Assembly (NCBI GenBank): GCA_903894565.1 | Contig: CAITQP010000012.1 | Span: 1-57,700, forward strand | Origin: an uncultured bacterium | GTDB lineage: Bacteria > Patescibacteriota > Minisyncoccia > Phycocordibacterales > UBA9973 | Direction of reading: 5' to 3' | DNA length: 57,700 bases | In this document: one piece after another, positions 16,240 through 25,154 of the stretch | Numbering within the stretch: position 1 is the stretch's first letter | How the letters are laid out: each line of letters starts with the position of its first letter | Position numbers and translations under genes: made by a program | The notes under the pieces: generated by a model | The model's database searches: none | What the model saw: the letters and a program-made list of their open reading frames with translations, nothing else | What the model was told of the DNA's origin: nothing

Positions 16240-16793
16240 AAAAAATACAGGATTACCTCAATACCCTCCGTGTCCGAGACGATAGTCATGAACATATTGT
16301 GCGGTCTCCACTTCGCGTAAGAAAGGAAGGCTCAGCGACCTGTATTGAGGGCGCGCTCCTTGCGGCCAGTATGCTCAAGGCGCAAGGAGCGCGCCCTCTT
16401 CTCCTCGACCTAAAAGTTGGGGCAAGAAACAATAATGACGTAGACCATGTCGTCGCTCTTTTCAAAAAAAATGGAGCTTGGGGCGCACTCTCAATGACGA
16501 GCCATGCAGTCCTCCGATACCGCGATCCAATTTACAAATCTGTACGAGAACTCGCGATGTCATATTTCCACGAATACTTTACCGATGATGGCAAAAAGAA
16601 TTTACGAAGTTTTTCAAAGCCATTCAACGTAGACAGTTACGCGATCAAAAACTGGGAAACGAGCACCGATGACCTGTTCGAAATTGCAGTTGCGCTTGAC
16701 GACTCCCCTCACGAAAATATTCTGACAAAAGAAATGGAGCGCGATCTCAGACGCGCTGACCTTATTGAAATACGTGCAAGTAATACACTGTAA
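16233..16793 (+). CDS. Hypothetical protein, possibly with a transglutaminase-like Cys-His fold
   Basis: GSATCIEGALLAASMLKAQG ... DVDHVVALF ... WGALS resembles the Cys/His/Asp layout of transglutaminase-like proteins. The call is weak. Confidence 0.4.
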   Translation: MSKKIQDYLNTLRVRDDSHEHIVRSPLRVRKEGSATCIEGALLAASMLKAQGARPLLLDLKVGARNNNDVDHVVALFKKNGAWGALSMTSHAVLRYRDPIYKSVRELAMSYFHEYFTDDGKKNLRSFSKPFNVDSYAIKNWETSTDDLFEIAVALDDSPHENILTKEMERDLRRADLIEIRASNTL

Positions 16794-16803
16794 GGCCCCT
16801 AAT

Positions 16804-17286
16804 TTACTGTGTCAGAAAATCAAAGAGCTCCGTTCTCATTCTCCGAGACAAGCAAGGAAACACCAATTCTTCATCTTTCCCGTGACGATGCCAATGCACA
16901 ACAAAATCCTTCATAAAAAAGAGCGTCCTGCTCGGGATAATCACAACATTCGCTACCTCCCTATAAGCAACTGCTGTCACTTGGTGCGACAAGATACCAC
17001 TTCGTACATACAATGCTTTTTCGCCAAGCATAAGTGAAAACCCAAAATATTCTGGGAGGACAGAGAGCGCGAAAAAAAGTGCCAACATGCAGACAAAAAA
17101 GAACATCGTATGATATGGTTTCCCGAGCAAAAATTGAGCAACCAAAGTCTTTCCTGCAAGAAGTGAAATCAACATTCTGGTTAAAAAAAGTCCTCCTCCT
17201 GTTAAGGCAGGATATTTCAAGCTCCCAACAACCATTGCAAGAAGAGATTGATACCCAAGTGCATATGGTTTGTCTAATACAATCAT
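16804..17286 (-). CDS. Membrane protein with a bacterial PH (bPH_2/YdbT-like) domain
   Basis: Two TM helices, then LMLGEKALYVRSGILSHQVTAVAYREVANVVI. Confidence 0.55.
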   Translation of the reverse strand: MIVLDKPYALGYQSLLAMVVGSLKYPALTGGGLFLTRMLISLLAGKTLVAQFLLGKPYHTMFFFVCMLALFFALSVLPEYFGFSLMLGEKALYVRSGILSHQVTAVAYREVANVVIIPSRTLFFMKDFVVHWHRHGKDEELVFPCLSRRMRTELFDFLTQ

Positions 17287-17340
17287 ACGGCCATTATAGT
17301 CTCACTAGACGTTTAAAAAAAGGCAAAACTATGGTATCTT

Positions 17341-18957
17341 GTGCATATGAAAAAAACAGCACTTCTCTCAGTCTATGACAAGACTGGTATCGTCGAATTC
17401 GCTCAAGGTTTGCTCGACCTTCCCAACCAGGACTGGGAAATTCTCGCCTCTGGTGGTACAGCAAATGCACTGATCCGAGCTGGTATTCCAGTTACTGATG
17501 TTGGTAGTATCGTTGGTGATCCAATCCTCGGGCATCGTGTCGTTACTCTCAGTCGCGAAATCCATGCGGGGCTCCTCGCAAAAGACAACGCGGAGGATCA
17601 TGCGGAACTCGAAGCCCTTGGCATTCGATTCATTGATCTCGTTTGCTGTGACCTGTATCCGCTGAAAGGTGCTATCACTGCAGTTGATGCCTCAATGGAA
17701 TCTGTGATCGAACAAACCGATATCGGAGGGCCGACAATGCTCCGTAGTGGCGCAAAAGGTGGGCGCATCACTATCTGTGATCCAAATGACCGCACACGTG
17801 TGATCGAATGGCTCACGACAGGCATGCCTCAAAAAGAAAAATTTATCCAAAATCTCCGAGCAAAGGCTGAGGCTGTTATCGCCGACTATGTACTCTCGTC
17901 TGCAAAATATCATGCGGGAGGTATGTATGAAGGAATGGTTGGTACCGAAATCGCAGAATGTAAATACGGAGAGAACGCATACCAAACACCAGCGCGTGTA
18001 TATGATTCACTTTCAAACGATCCGCTCGCACTAAAACAATTTGTTCTCGTCGCAGGAGCTTCTCCTTCATATAACAACTGGTGTGACGTTGATCGCATGC
18101 TCCAAACAATCACTCACGTCGCTGCTGGATTTGATGTCAATTTCAATACAGTTCCCAAAATTGCACTCGCTGTTAAGCACGGCAATACCTGCGGTGCAGC
18201 ATTTGGCGATAACGCAGTCGAAGTACTCCAAAAAATGATTATGGGCGATCCTCGCGCAATCTTCGGAGGACTCGTCATGACCAATTTCCCTATCGACGAC
18301 GCGCTTGCAGAAGTACTTCTCTCATTCAACATGACCGAAGGACAGCGTCGTATTCTCGATGGTATCATTGCTCCAGAATTTACTGGAAGTGCAATCGATC
18401 ATTTGAAACGTAAAGGCGACAAATGTCGTTTCCTTGCGAATAGCGCCCTTCTTTCACTCACAAAAAATAGCCTCGATACGAATCCCCGTTTCCGTTATGC
18501 GCGTGGCGGTTTCCTTACACAGCCAAATTACACGTTCATCCTTGATTTGAAGAGCAGTGATCTTGAAAAATCTGGACAAGCGGCACCTGAGCAAGAAAAG
18601 GATTTAATTCTTGCGAAAGCGATCTGTGATACATCAAATTCAAATACCATTACCCTCGTCAAAGAAGCTCAGCTCATCGGTAACGGCGTAGGGCAACAAG
18701 ATCGCGTGAGTGCTGCAAACCTTGCTACGATGCGCGCAGAGGCTGCGAATCACTTCATCGTCGGTGCAGTCGCCGCAAGTGACAGCTTTTTCCCATTCCC
18801 CGATGCACCCGAAGTCCTCATTAATGCCGGAGTCAAAGCGATCCTTTCAACGAGTGGTTCGGTCAACGATTCAAAATCTGTTGATGTCTGCCAGAAAGCA
18901 AATGTTCCCCTTTACTTGATTCCCGATACGATCAGTCGCGGATTCTTTGGTCACTAA
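17341..18957 (+). CDS. purH: Bifunctional AICAR formyltransferase / IMP cyclohydrolase
   Basis: MGS-like N-domain (ALLSVYDKTGIVEFA, GGTA), a KHGNTCGAA motif and the C-terminus DSFFPFPD...GVKAIL. Length is 538 aa. Confidence 0.95.
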   Translation: MHMKKTALLSVYDKTGIVEFAQGLLDLPNQDWEILASGGTANALIRAGIPVTDVGSIVGDPILGHRVVTLSREIHAGLLAKDNAEDHAELEALGIRFIDLVCCDLYPLKGAITAVDASMESVIEQTDIGGPTMLRSGAKGGRITICDPNDRTRVIEWLTTGMPQKEKFIQNLRAKAEAVIADYVLSSAKYHAGGMYEGMVGTEIAECKYGENAYQTPARVYDSLSNDPLALKQFVLVAGASPSYNNWCDVDRMLQTITHVAAGFDVNFNTVPKIALAVKHGNTCGAAFGDNAVEVLQKMIMGDPRAIFGGLVMTNFPIDDALAEVLLSFNMTEGQRRILDGIIAPEFTGSAIDHLKRKGDKCRFLANSALLSLTKNSLDTNPRFRYARGGFLTQPNYTFILDLKSSDLEKSGQAAPEQEKDLILAKAICDTSNSNTITLVKEAQLIGNGVGQQDRVSAANLATMRAEAANHFIVGAVAASDSFFPFPDAPEVLINAGVKAILSTSGSVNDSKSVDVCQKANVPLYLIPDTISRGFFGH

Positions 18958-18960
18958 TAC

Positions 18961-18992
18961 AAAAGCCCCGTTTATTCGGGGCTTTGTTTTTT
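18961..18992. terminator. Bidirectional terminator after purH
   Basis: aaaagccccg-tttatt-cggggctttgtttttt. Confidence 0.7.
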
Positions 18993-19006
18993 GATTTTGA
19001 CGAGCC

Positions 19007-19222
19007 TTAGAATAACCTTTCCGACTTGAGCCAACTGACTGGTTTTTTCTGATGATGTCCAGAATGAGCGAACTGGTTCGCCTCAGTTTCTGTATATACC
19101 ACATCTGAACACTGAATTGTTGCTGTCATTTGCAAATAGGCATGCAATAATCCTTCCATTTCAAAATGCTCAACGAGAATGGGTGCGCCAGCTTGTCCGT
19201 TTGTACTACTGTTTGAATTCAT
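19007..19222 (-). CDS. Small hypothetical ORF (71 aa from the internal Met)
   Basis: Convergent with purH and shares its terminator. No SD sequence and no family. Confidence 0.3.
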   Translation of the reverse strand: MNSNSSTNGQAGAPILVEHFEMEGLLHAYLQMTATIQCSDVVYTETEANQFAHSGHHQKKPVSWLKSERLF

Positions 19223-19406
19223 ACTGTATTTGATTTTATATTTGTGAAAGAAAAAAAATAGCCCTAGAGGTCGAGTGACCGAAGGACTTTTGGTGGCGCT
19301 CCTTGATTCAAGAAACGACAACAGAAACCCTCCGGAGGAGAGGCTTCTTCGTCTTCTTACTTGTATTCAATTGATGTGTGAAATGTGTAGTCATAGTGTC
19401 TTTCAT

Positions 19407-19436
19407 AAAAAACCGCCCTCGTGAGAGGGCGGTTTT
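19407..19436. terminator. Hairpin with flanking A and T runs
   Basis: aaaaaaccgccctc-gtga-gagggcggtttt. Confidence 0.5.
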
Positions 19437-19476
19437 GTTGAGTGAAATGTATTTCTATACAACAAAGGAGCCCTCG

Positions 19477-19614
19477 ATGGAGATTGACTTAGACTTCTTT
19501 GACTTTGTTGTATTTGCACGATTCATACCTGTTTTAAAGATACTCAAGAAACTTTTACTTGTCAACGAATCACGGAATTTTGACTTGTTTGACATATCTC
19601 CTTTTTATCTGTAG
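19477..19614 (+). CDS. Small ORF (45 aa) with a good SD sequence
   Basis: aaaggag lies 6 nt before the ATG. Sequence is MEIDLDFFDFVVFARFIPVLKILKKLLLVNESRNFDLFDISPFYL*. Confidence 0.3.
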   Translation: MEIDLDFFDFVVFARFIPVLKILKKLLLVNESRNFDLFDISPFYL

Positions 19615-19646
19615 TGTGAAAATATTCGTAACTTTAAATTATTCAT

Positions 19647-20006
19647 ATGCTCCAAAATCGTTATTTGTACACAACCCAGATACCACGGGTACTTTTCGAA
19701 CGCGGGAAATACATCATCCAGCCAATCAAGGGAGACTGCCTCCTCCATTTAAAACCCAAAGATGGTGTTACTCAAGTAGTGTTCGGTCCAGTTTACCCAC
19801 CTGACGACAAAGAAAACAAGAGCGTATTTATAGGTTTAATCATCTATTTTCTACAGATCAATGATTTTCCTTTGGCGCAAGGCTTAGAAGTGGATTCAAT
19901 TACAGACCAGGAGCACAACCTGGTAGCCATTCAATACAAAGAAAAGACATTGTTCTGTATAAAAATTAACGAGACTGAGCCAGCACTTCTGTTTTTGATT
20001 CCGTAA
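19647..20006 (+). CDS. Hypothetical protein (119 aa)
   Basis: ORF followed by a terminator at 20041. No family recognised. Confidence 0.45.
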   Translation: MLQNRYLYTTQIPRVLFERGKYIIQPIKGDCLLHLKPKDGVTQVVFGPVYPPDDKENKSVFIGLIIYFLQINDFPLAQGLEVDSITDQEHNLVAIQYKEKTLFCIKINETEPALLFLIP

Positions 20007-20040
20007 AATTACGGTTTAACGAAACACAATTAAAAGCCCC

Positions 20041-20066
20041 TTCAAAAAGGGGCTTTTAAAAATAAT
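20041..20066 (+). terminator. Rho-independent terminator
   Basis: aaaagcccct-tcaaaa-aggggctttt. Confidence 0.6.
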
Positions 20067-20225
20067 GCCGATTCGACAACTTGACGAATCTTTCGGAAAT
20101 GCTACCATCCCAGTATGACATCAATTGTTCGCAAACCAAATAGTGCAAAAGCGCCCTCAGCTTTCTATTACGAGCTCTCCATTTAGAGAGCCGATATTTG
20201 CGCTGACACCCCCCAGAACAAACAT

Positions 20226-20250
20226 GAGCTCTCTAAAAGGAGCTCTTTTT
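20226..20250 (+). terminator. Orphan GAGCTC hairpin plus T5
   Basis: gagctc-tctaaaag-gagctc-ttttt, the same stem as at 4004-4019. Confidence 0.35.
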
Positions 20251-20384
20251 GTATTCATTCACAATTTAATAGCAACACATAAGAGGCAACAGCCTCTTCA
20301 AGCAAACATGCGCGCAGCCCATGCGTTAGGGGCTATACACACTATTCTTTCAAAAAATAATTAGTAAACAAAAGGAGGTATTCA

Positions 20385-20696
20385 ATGTACAGACCAGCAG
20401 AATCAAAAATAATCGACCATGACGGATTACAGATCACACACGATCTCTGCGATATTGCAGGATCAGAACTACTGAACGGGCACGGGTGCAGTTGCGGATA
20501 TATACATCCGTGGAGGAAGAACAACGAATTGATGACATTACTTTCGTATACAGAAGGTTACTGTCACAGTCATAAGTCATACTCAAGGATAACAAGTGTA
20601 GGAAACAAGCTCGTACTCGAATGTGACTTATACTGCAAAAAATGCCACTTACTTCATTCTTGTGATACATGTAAGCTACTGTCAGCTCTACATTAA
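20385..20696 (+). CDS. Cys/His-rich small protein (103 aa); hypothetical
   Basis: Strong SD sequence (aaaaggaggtattcaATG). Ten Cys and many His (GHGCSCGYIHPW, YCHSH, CDLYCKKCHLLHSCDTC). Confidence 0.5.
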   Translation: MYRPAESKIIDHDGLQITHDLCDIAGSELLNGHGCSCGYIHPWRKNNELMTLLSYTEGYCHSHKSYSRITSVGNKLVLECDLYCKKCHLLHSCDTCKLLSALH

Positions 20697-20712
20697 GCGC
20701 AGAAATGTGCGC

Positions 20713-20747
20713 AAAAAAAACGCGGCCTCGAATGAGCCGCGTTTTTT
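20713..20747. terminator. Bidirectional terminator (convergent with purB)
   Basis: A8-cgcggc-ctcgaatga-gccgcg-T6. Confidence 0.7.
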
Positions 20748-20757
20748 ATTTTCCGTT

Positions 20758-22137
20758 TTATTTCAAAGCAAGCTTTGCTGCAAGTCCGATGTAATTCTCG
20801 GGAGTGAATGCGAGTAATTCTTTCTTGACTGCCGGAGTGACGTCGAGTGCTTCGATGAATGTCTTGAATTCAGCCATTGTGACTGCGCGACCGCGAGTAA
20901 GCTCTTTGAGCTTCTCGTATGGCATGGCGACTTTTTCTCGACGCAGGACGGTCTGAATCGCTTCAGCAATGACTTCTGGATGATCGGCGAGTGCTCCACG
21001 AATTGCAGTTTCAGAAACAGCAATCTTTGAGAGACCTTTTTCGAGCGAGCCGTAGGCGAGCAAGCTGTAGCCAAATGCACTTCCGAAATTACGTTCTACT
21101 GTCGAATCCGAAAGATCACGTTGCAAACGAGAAATAGGAAGTTTTGTTGCAAAATACATGAGCATTGCATTTGCCATACCCAGATTGCCTTCGGAGTTTT
21201 CGAAATCAATTGGATTTACTTTGTGTGGCATCGTTGACGAACCAATCTCCCCTGCCTTTGGCTTTTGGATAATCCACGCATCTGAAATATAGCGCCACAT
21301 GTCCTGATTGAAATCAACGAGGATTGTGTTTGCGCGACGAATAATGTCACAGAGTTCAGCGTATGTATCATGTGATTCAATTTGAGTGGTGAGCAAATTT
21401 GCTTCGAGTTGTGCATTTTTTTTCTCCACATTCAAACTCGCAATGAATTTTTTTGAAAAACTCATCCAGTCAACCTTTGGGAAAGCCGACATGTGCGCGT
21501 TGTAGTTCCCTGTCGCACCATTCACTTTGGCGAGAATTTTAAAACTCTTGAGCATTTTGATTTGTCGCTCAAGTCGAAATGAATACACAGCAAACTCTTT
21601 ACCGAGCGTTGTCGGTGAAGCACTCTGACCATGCGTACGAGAAAGCATCGGAAGCTTGGCATATTCCTTTGCGTATCCTTTGAGCTTCGAATGAATACTT
21701 TCAAGCGCAGGAATCATTACATCGTTCAATCCATCACGGAGCATGAGCGCGTATGAGACATTGTTTGCATCTTCAGATGTAAGTCCGAAGTGAATCCATT
21801 CGATTTCATTCTTTATCGAAGTTTTCGCGAGCTGTTCTTTGAGAAAATACTCAACTGCCTTTACGTCGTGATTGGTCGTCGCTTCAAAAACTTTGACCGC
21901 TTCTGCATCACTTGATGAAAGTGTGCAGACAGTACGAATAGTTTCTTTTTCACTCGCCGTGAACGCACGAAGTCCAAGACCCTTTGTCTCAGATAAAGCA
22001 ATCAAATACTCACCTTCCATTTGCGCGCGATATCGCATGAGCGCTGCCTCACTGAAATACGGACGAAGTGCTGAAACTTTTTCAGCATAACGACCATCGA
22101 GTGGTGAGAGCGATTCGATCTGATTATTTGATTTCAT
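20758..22137 (-). CDS. purB: Adenylosuccinate lyase
   Basis: LSPLDGRYAEKV start, the fumarate-lyase signature region (GSSTMPHKVNP) and a length of 459 aa. Confidence 0.95.
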   Translation of the reverse strand: MKSNNQIESLSPLDGRYAEKVSALRPYFSEAALMRYRAQMEGEYLIALSETKGLGLRAFTASEKETIRTVCTLSSSDAEAVKVFEATTNHDVKAVEYFLKEQLAKTSIKNEIEWIHFGLTSEDANNVSYALMLRDGLNDVMIPALESIHSKLKGYAKEYAKLPMLSRTHGQSASPTTLGKEFAVYSFRLERQIKMLKSFKILAKVNGATGNYNAHMSAFPKVDWMSFSKKFIASLNVEKKNAQLEANLLTTQIESHDTYAELCDIIRRANTILVDFNQDMWRYISDAWIIQKPKAGEIGSSTMPHKVNPIDFENSEGNLGMANAMLMYFATKLPISRLQRDLSDSTVERNFGSAFGYSLLAYGSLEKGLSKIAVSETAIRGALADHPEVIAEAIQTVLRREKVAMPYEKLKELTRGRAVTMAEFKTFIEALDVTPAVKKELLAFTPENYIGLAAKLALK

Positions 22138-23095
22138 ATTTTTTGAGATTATTTTGAATGCGTTGTTCTATTGGCACAGTGAAATCCATTGTGAATTCTT
22201 TGCCCGTCATCGTTTCATAAATCTCAATATATCGGCGTGAAAGTTCTGCAATCAAGTCTTTTGGAGCTTCTGGGAGAGTTGGATCATTGTAAGGATCGCA
22301 ATTGTCTTTGAACCACAAACGAAGAAACTCCTTGTCGAAGTATTCTGGTTCAGCACCACTTGCCATGCGCTCCTCGTATGAGCCAAGCTTCCAATAACGT
22401 GATGAGTCTGGAGTATGGATCTCGTCAATGAGTGTGAGCGTGCCATTCTCATCAAGACCGAATTCATATTTCGTATCCACGAGGATCAATCCGTGCTCGG
22501 CAGAAATATCTTGTCCACGCTTGAAGAGCGCAAGTGCGGTATCGCGAAGCTGCGTCAGCAATTCCTTCGTTGCAAATCCCTCTGCGACCAGTTCATCGAC
22601 TGTAAGAGCTCGATCGTGCTCATCCTCCTTGGTCGTTGGATCAAAAATCGGTTCAGGAAGTTTTGCGTTCTTTTTTAAACCATCAGGCAAAACAAGTCCG
22701 CCGAAATTGCGTTCACCATTTGAGTAACGCGTCCAAATTGATGTATTGGTTGATCCAGTGAGGTACCCACGAACAACTGCTTCAACTTTGATCACCTGGC
22801 AACGCTTCACGACGACAACGTTCGCATCTGGCATATCAATGATATGGTTTGGCACGATATCTCGGGTCTGTTCAAACCAGAAATGACTTGTACCAGTAAG
22901 TACAGCGCCTTTGCACGGAATATGAGCAATGAGACGATCGAACGATGAGTGGCGATCGGTCGAGACCAAAATAACCTTGTCGCTTTGAGTATAAATATCA
23001 CGAACTTTGCCCTTCTTCTTCTCGCCCAGATTAATAAGATTGGTATCCTTCAGCACAAAATCGACGTTCTCTTTGAGTTTTTCGATTGGAATCAT
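22124..23095 (-). CDS. purC: SAICAR synthetase (long form)
   Basis: GKVRDIY...LVSTDRHSSFD...LILVDTKYEFG. Its 3' end overlaps the purB start by 14 nt. Confidence 0.95.
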   Translation of the reverse strand: MIPIEKLKENVDFVLKDTNLINLGEKKKGKVRDIYTQSDKVILVSTDRHSSFDRLIAHIPCKGAVLTGTSHFWFEQTRDIVPNHIIDMPDANVVVVKRCQVIKVEAVVRGYLTGSTNTSIWTRYSNGERNFGGLVLPDGLKKNAKLPEPIFDPTTKEDEHDRALTVDELVAEGFATKELLTQLRDTALALFKRGQDISAEHGLILVDTKYEFGLDENGTLTLIDEIHTPDSSRYWKLGSYEERMASGAEPEYFDKEFLRLWFKDNCDPYNDPTLPEAPKDLIAELSRRYIEIYETMTGKEFTMDFTVPIEQRIQNNLKKYEIK

Positions 23096-23181
23096 ATACG
23101 GCTATTTTACGGGAAAAATCAATTTTTGGAAAGCTATTGACTTATATTAAAAATTATTGTAATTTATATAAAAATGTACTC

Positions 23182-23472
23182 ATGGAAAAAAGAATTATAT
23201 TTATCGTTAGGAGTGAAATATATCCATCTTTTTTTATTTGGTTAAATAAAATAGTTAAAGGAGAACTGTATTTCAAAGATGGACTTGTACTGAGTGATAC
23301 CCTACAAGGTAAGAAGAATACTTTCTGCTCGTTGCGTTACATGGAGAATAATACCAGAATCAGCTCAGTATTTATTCTCCAGCTTTACGAAACGTGGGCG
23401 GATGTAATAAAAGATGGGGCAATTTCTGTTTTTAAGCAGTCTACGAAGACAACCAACGTAGAAAAAAATTAA
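23182..23472 (+). CDS. Hypothetical small protein (96 aa from the internal Met)
   Basis: AT-rich ORF with no family. A terminator overlaps its stop. Confidence 0.3.
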   Translation: MEKRIIFIVRSEIYPSFFIWLNKIVKGELYFKDGLVLSDTLQGKKNTFCSLRYMENNTRISSVFILQLYETWADVIKDGAISVFKQSTKTTNVEKN

Positions 23473-23510
23473 CTGCATAAGAAACCGCATAGGTCTTATG
23501 CAGTTTTCTT
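23471..23510. terminator. Hairpin between convergent genes
   Basis: aactgcataag-13 nt-cttatgcagtt-ttctt. Confidence 0.5.
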
Positions 23511-23534
23511 ATTTCTTATGCGAAAAATATTTTT

Positions 23535-24578
23535 TTAGATAAGCACGGTCTTCCCCACCCCAGCAACAATCTCCCCAATCTCGTACGGCTTGAATTCTTT
23601 TTCGTTCGCGAGCATTTCCATAACACGAGCTTTTTCTGTTTGTGGAACGATAAGCACCATACCGATACCCATGTTGAATGCGCGATACTGATCGCTCTCA
23701 GAAACATTTGCGAGTTTGGAAATGACCATGAAAATCGGAAGTATCGGCCATGTGCCTTTTTTGATTTGGACGTTCACATTTTTGGGAATGACACGCGGAA
23801 TATTTTCGATGAAGCCACCTCCCGTAAGGTGCGCAATTGCATTCACTTGTACGCCAGCATCAAGTACGCGAAGCACCGCAGGTGCGTAGTTGAGGTGCAC
23901 GCGAAGGAGCGATTCTCCGATTGGAGCATCGAGACCTTCGGGAATATCAGTCACCGCATATTTGCCGATATCAAAAAATGCTTTTCGTGCGAGTGAGTAT
24001 CCGTTTGTATGGAGACCGCTCGATGAAAGGCCAATCACAACGTCGCCAACGGCGACTTTCTCGCCAGTGATAATTTTGTCTTTTTCTACAACACCAGTGA
24101 TTGCTCCAGCGATGTCATGCTCTCCGGCGAGATATGTTCCTGGCATTTCAGCTGTCTCTCCACCAATGAGCGAGATTCCACCACCGAGACATGCTTGTGC
24201 CATACCACGCATAATTTCGGCCATGATATTCGTATCGAGTTTTTCATGGGCAACGTAATCAAGAAAAGTAATACCTTTCGCTCCCATGCATACGATATCG
24301 TTAGCACTATGATTTACGATATCAGCACCAACGCGCGAATAATCATTCGCCATTTTGGCAACCATGAGCTTGGTTCCAACTCCGTCGACACTCTGCACAA
24401 GAACAGGATTTTTGTAACTCTTTGCAATATCTGAAATATCGTAGAGCGCACCAAAACTTCCGATGCCTGCGAGGACGTTCGGAGTATGCGTTGCTTTCAC
24501 AATGTCTTTGATCTGACGGACAACTTCGTTGCCAGCCTCGATATTCACGCCTGATTGTGAGTATGCATCTTCGGCCAT
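23535..24578 (-). CDS. purM: AIR synthetase (phosphoribosylformylglycinamidine cyclo-ligase)
   Basis: YSQSGVNIEAGNE, DGVGTK and GGETAEMPG motifs. Confidence 0.95.
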   Translation of the reverse strand: MAEDAYSQSGVNIEAGNEVVRQIKDIVKATHTPNVLAGIGSFGALYDISDIAKSYKNPVLVQSVDGVGTKLMVAKMANDYSRVGADIVNHSANDIVCMGAKGITFLDYVAHEKLDTNIMAEIMRGMAQACLGGGISLIGGETAEMPGTYLAGEHDIAGAITGVVEKDKIITGEKVAVGDVVIGLSSSGLHTNGYSLARKAFFDIGKYAVTDIPEGLDAPIGESLLRVHLNYAPAVLRVLDAGVQVNAIAHLTGGGFIENIPRVIPKNVNVQIKKGTWPILPIFMVISKLANVSESDQYRAFNMGIGMVLIVPQTEKARVMEMLANEKEFKPYEIGEIVAGVGKTVLI

Positions 24579-24579
24579 A

Positions 24580-25104
24580 TTATTTCTGTCCGTCCAAGTA
24601 CCCCTTCACACCGAGACTGTGAAGTTTGTCATTCTTGGTAGTAATATCGCTCGCCATTTTCTTTTTGTAGTCTGCAAGCTTTTGTGTGAGTGCCGCATCG
24701 TTCGTTGCAATAATCTGCACCGCGAGAAGTCCTGCATTTTTCGCAGCGTTCACTCCGACACAAGCAACAGGAATACCAGGTGGCATCTGTACCATGGAGA
24801 GGAGCGAATCAAGACCGTCGAGCGACTTGCCTTTGATTGGTACGGCGATAACAGGGAGTGTCGTTACGGCAGCGACAACTCCGGCGAGGTGCGCAGCACC
24901 GCCAGCGGCTGCCATCATGACTTTTATTCCACGAGTGCTCGCAGATGATGCATATTCGTGCACGAGCGCGGGAGCGCGATGTGCCGAAGCAACACTAATC
25001 TCATAAGCAACGCCAAATTCCTCAAGCACTGCGGTGGCTTCCGCCATAACAGGAAGGTCTGAATCCGAGCCCATGACGATACCGACAAGTGGTTTTTGGT
25101 CCAT
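24580..25104 (-). CDS. purE: PurE, with a class I-like (N5-CAIR mutase) signature
   Basis: VGIVMGSDSDLPVM, ASAHRAP and AAGGAAHLAGVVAA motifs. Confidence 0.9.
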   Translation of the reverse strand: MDQKPLVGIVMGSDSDLPVMAEATAVLEEFGVAYEISVASAHRAPALVHEYASSASTRGIKVMMAAAGGAAHLAGVVAAVTTLPVIAVPIKGKSLDGLDSLLSMVQMPPGIPVACVGVNAAKNAGLLAVQIIATNDAALTQKLADYKKKMASDITTKNDKLHSLGVKGYLDGQK

Positions 25105-25154
25105 AAAATAAAGCTTATTTATTAATATGGCCTGATTTTAACAGATTTTCTTGC

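Noticed and set aside
19255-19330. ZTP (pfl)-type or other purine-related riboswitch next to purH
   Set aside because: The string aGGUCGaGUGACcGaaGgAC loosely resembles the ZTP 5' consensus. However, the conserved 3' CCGCCUGGGC pseudoknot partner is absent, and no regulated gene lies downstream on that strand.
20125-20364. 79-aa plus-strand ORF
   Set aside because: It has no SD sequence, contains an internal hairpin-plus-T5 terminator (20226-20250), and has a composition unlike neighbouring genes.
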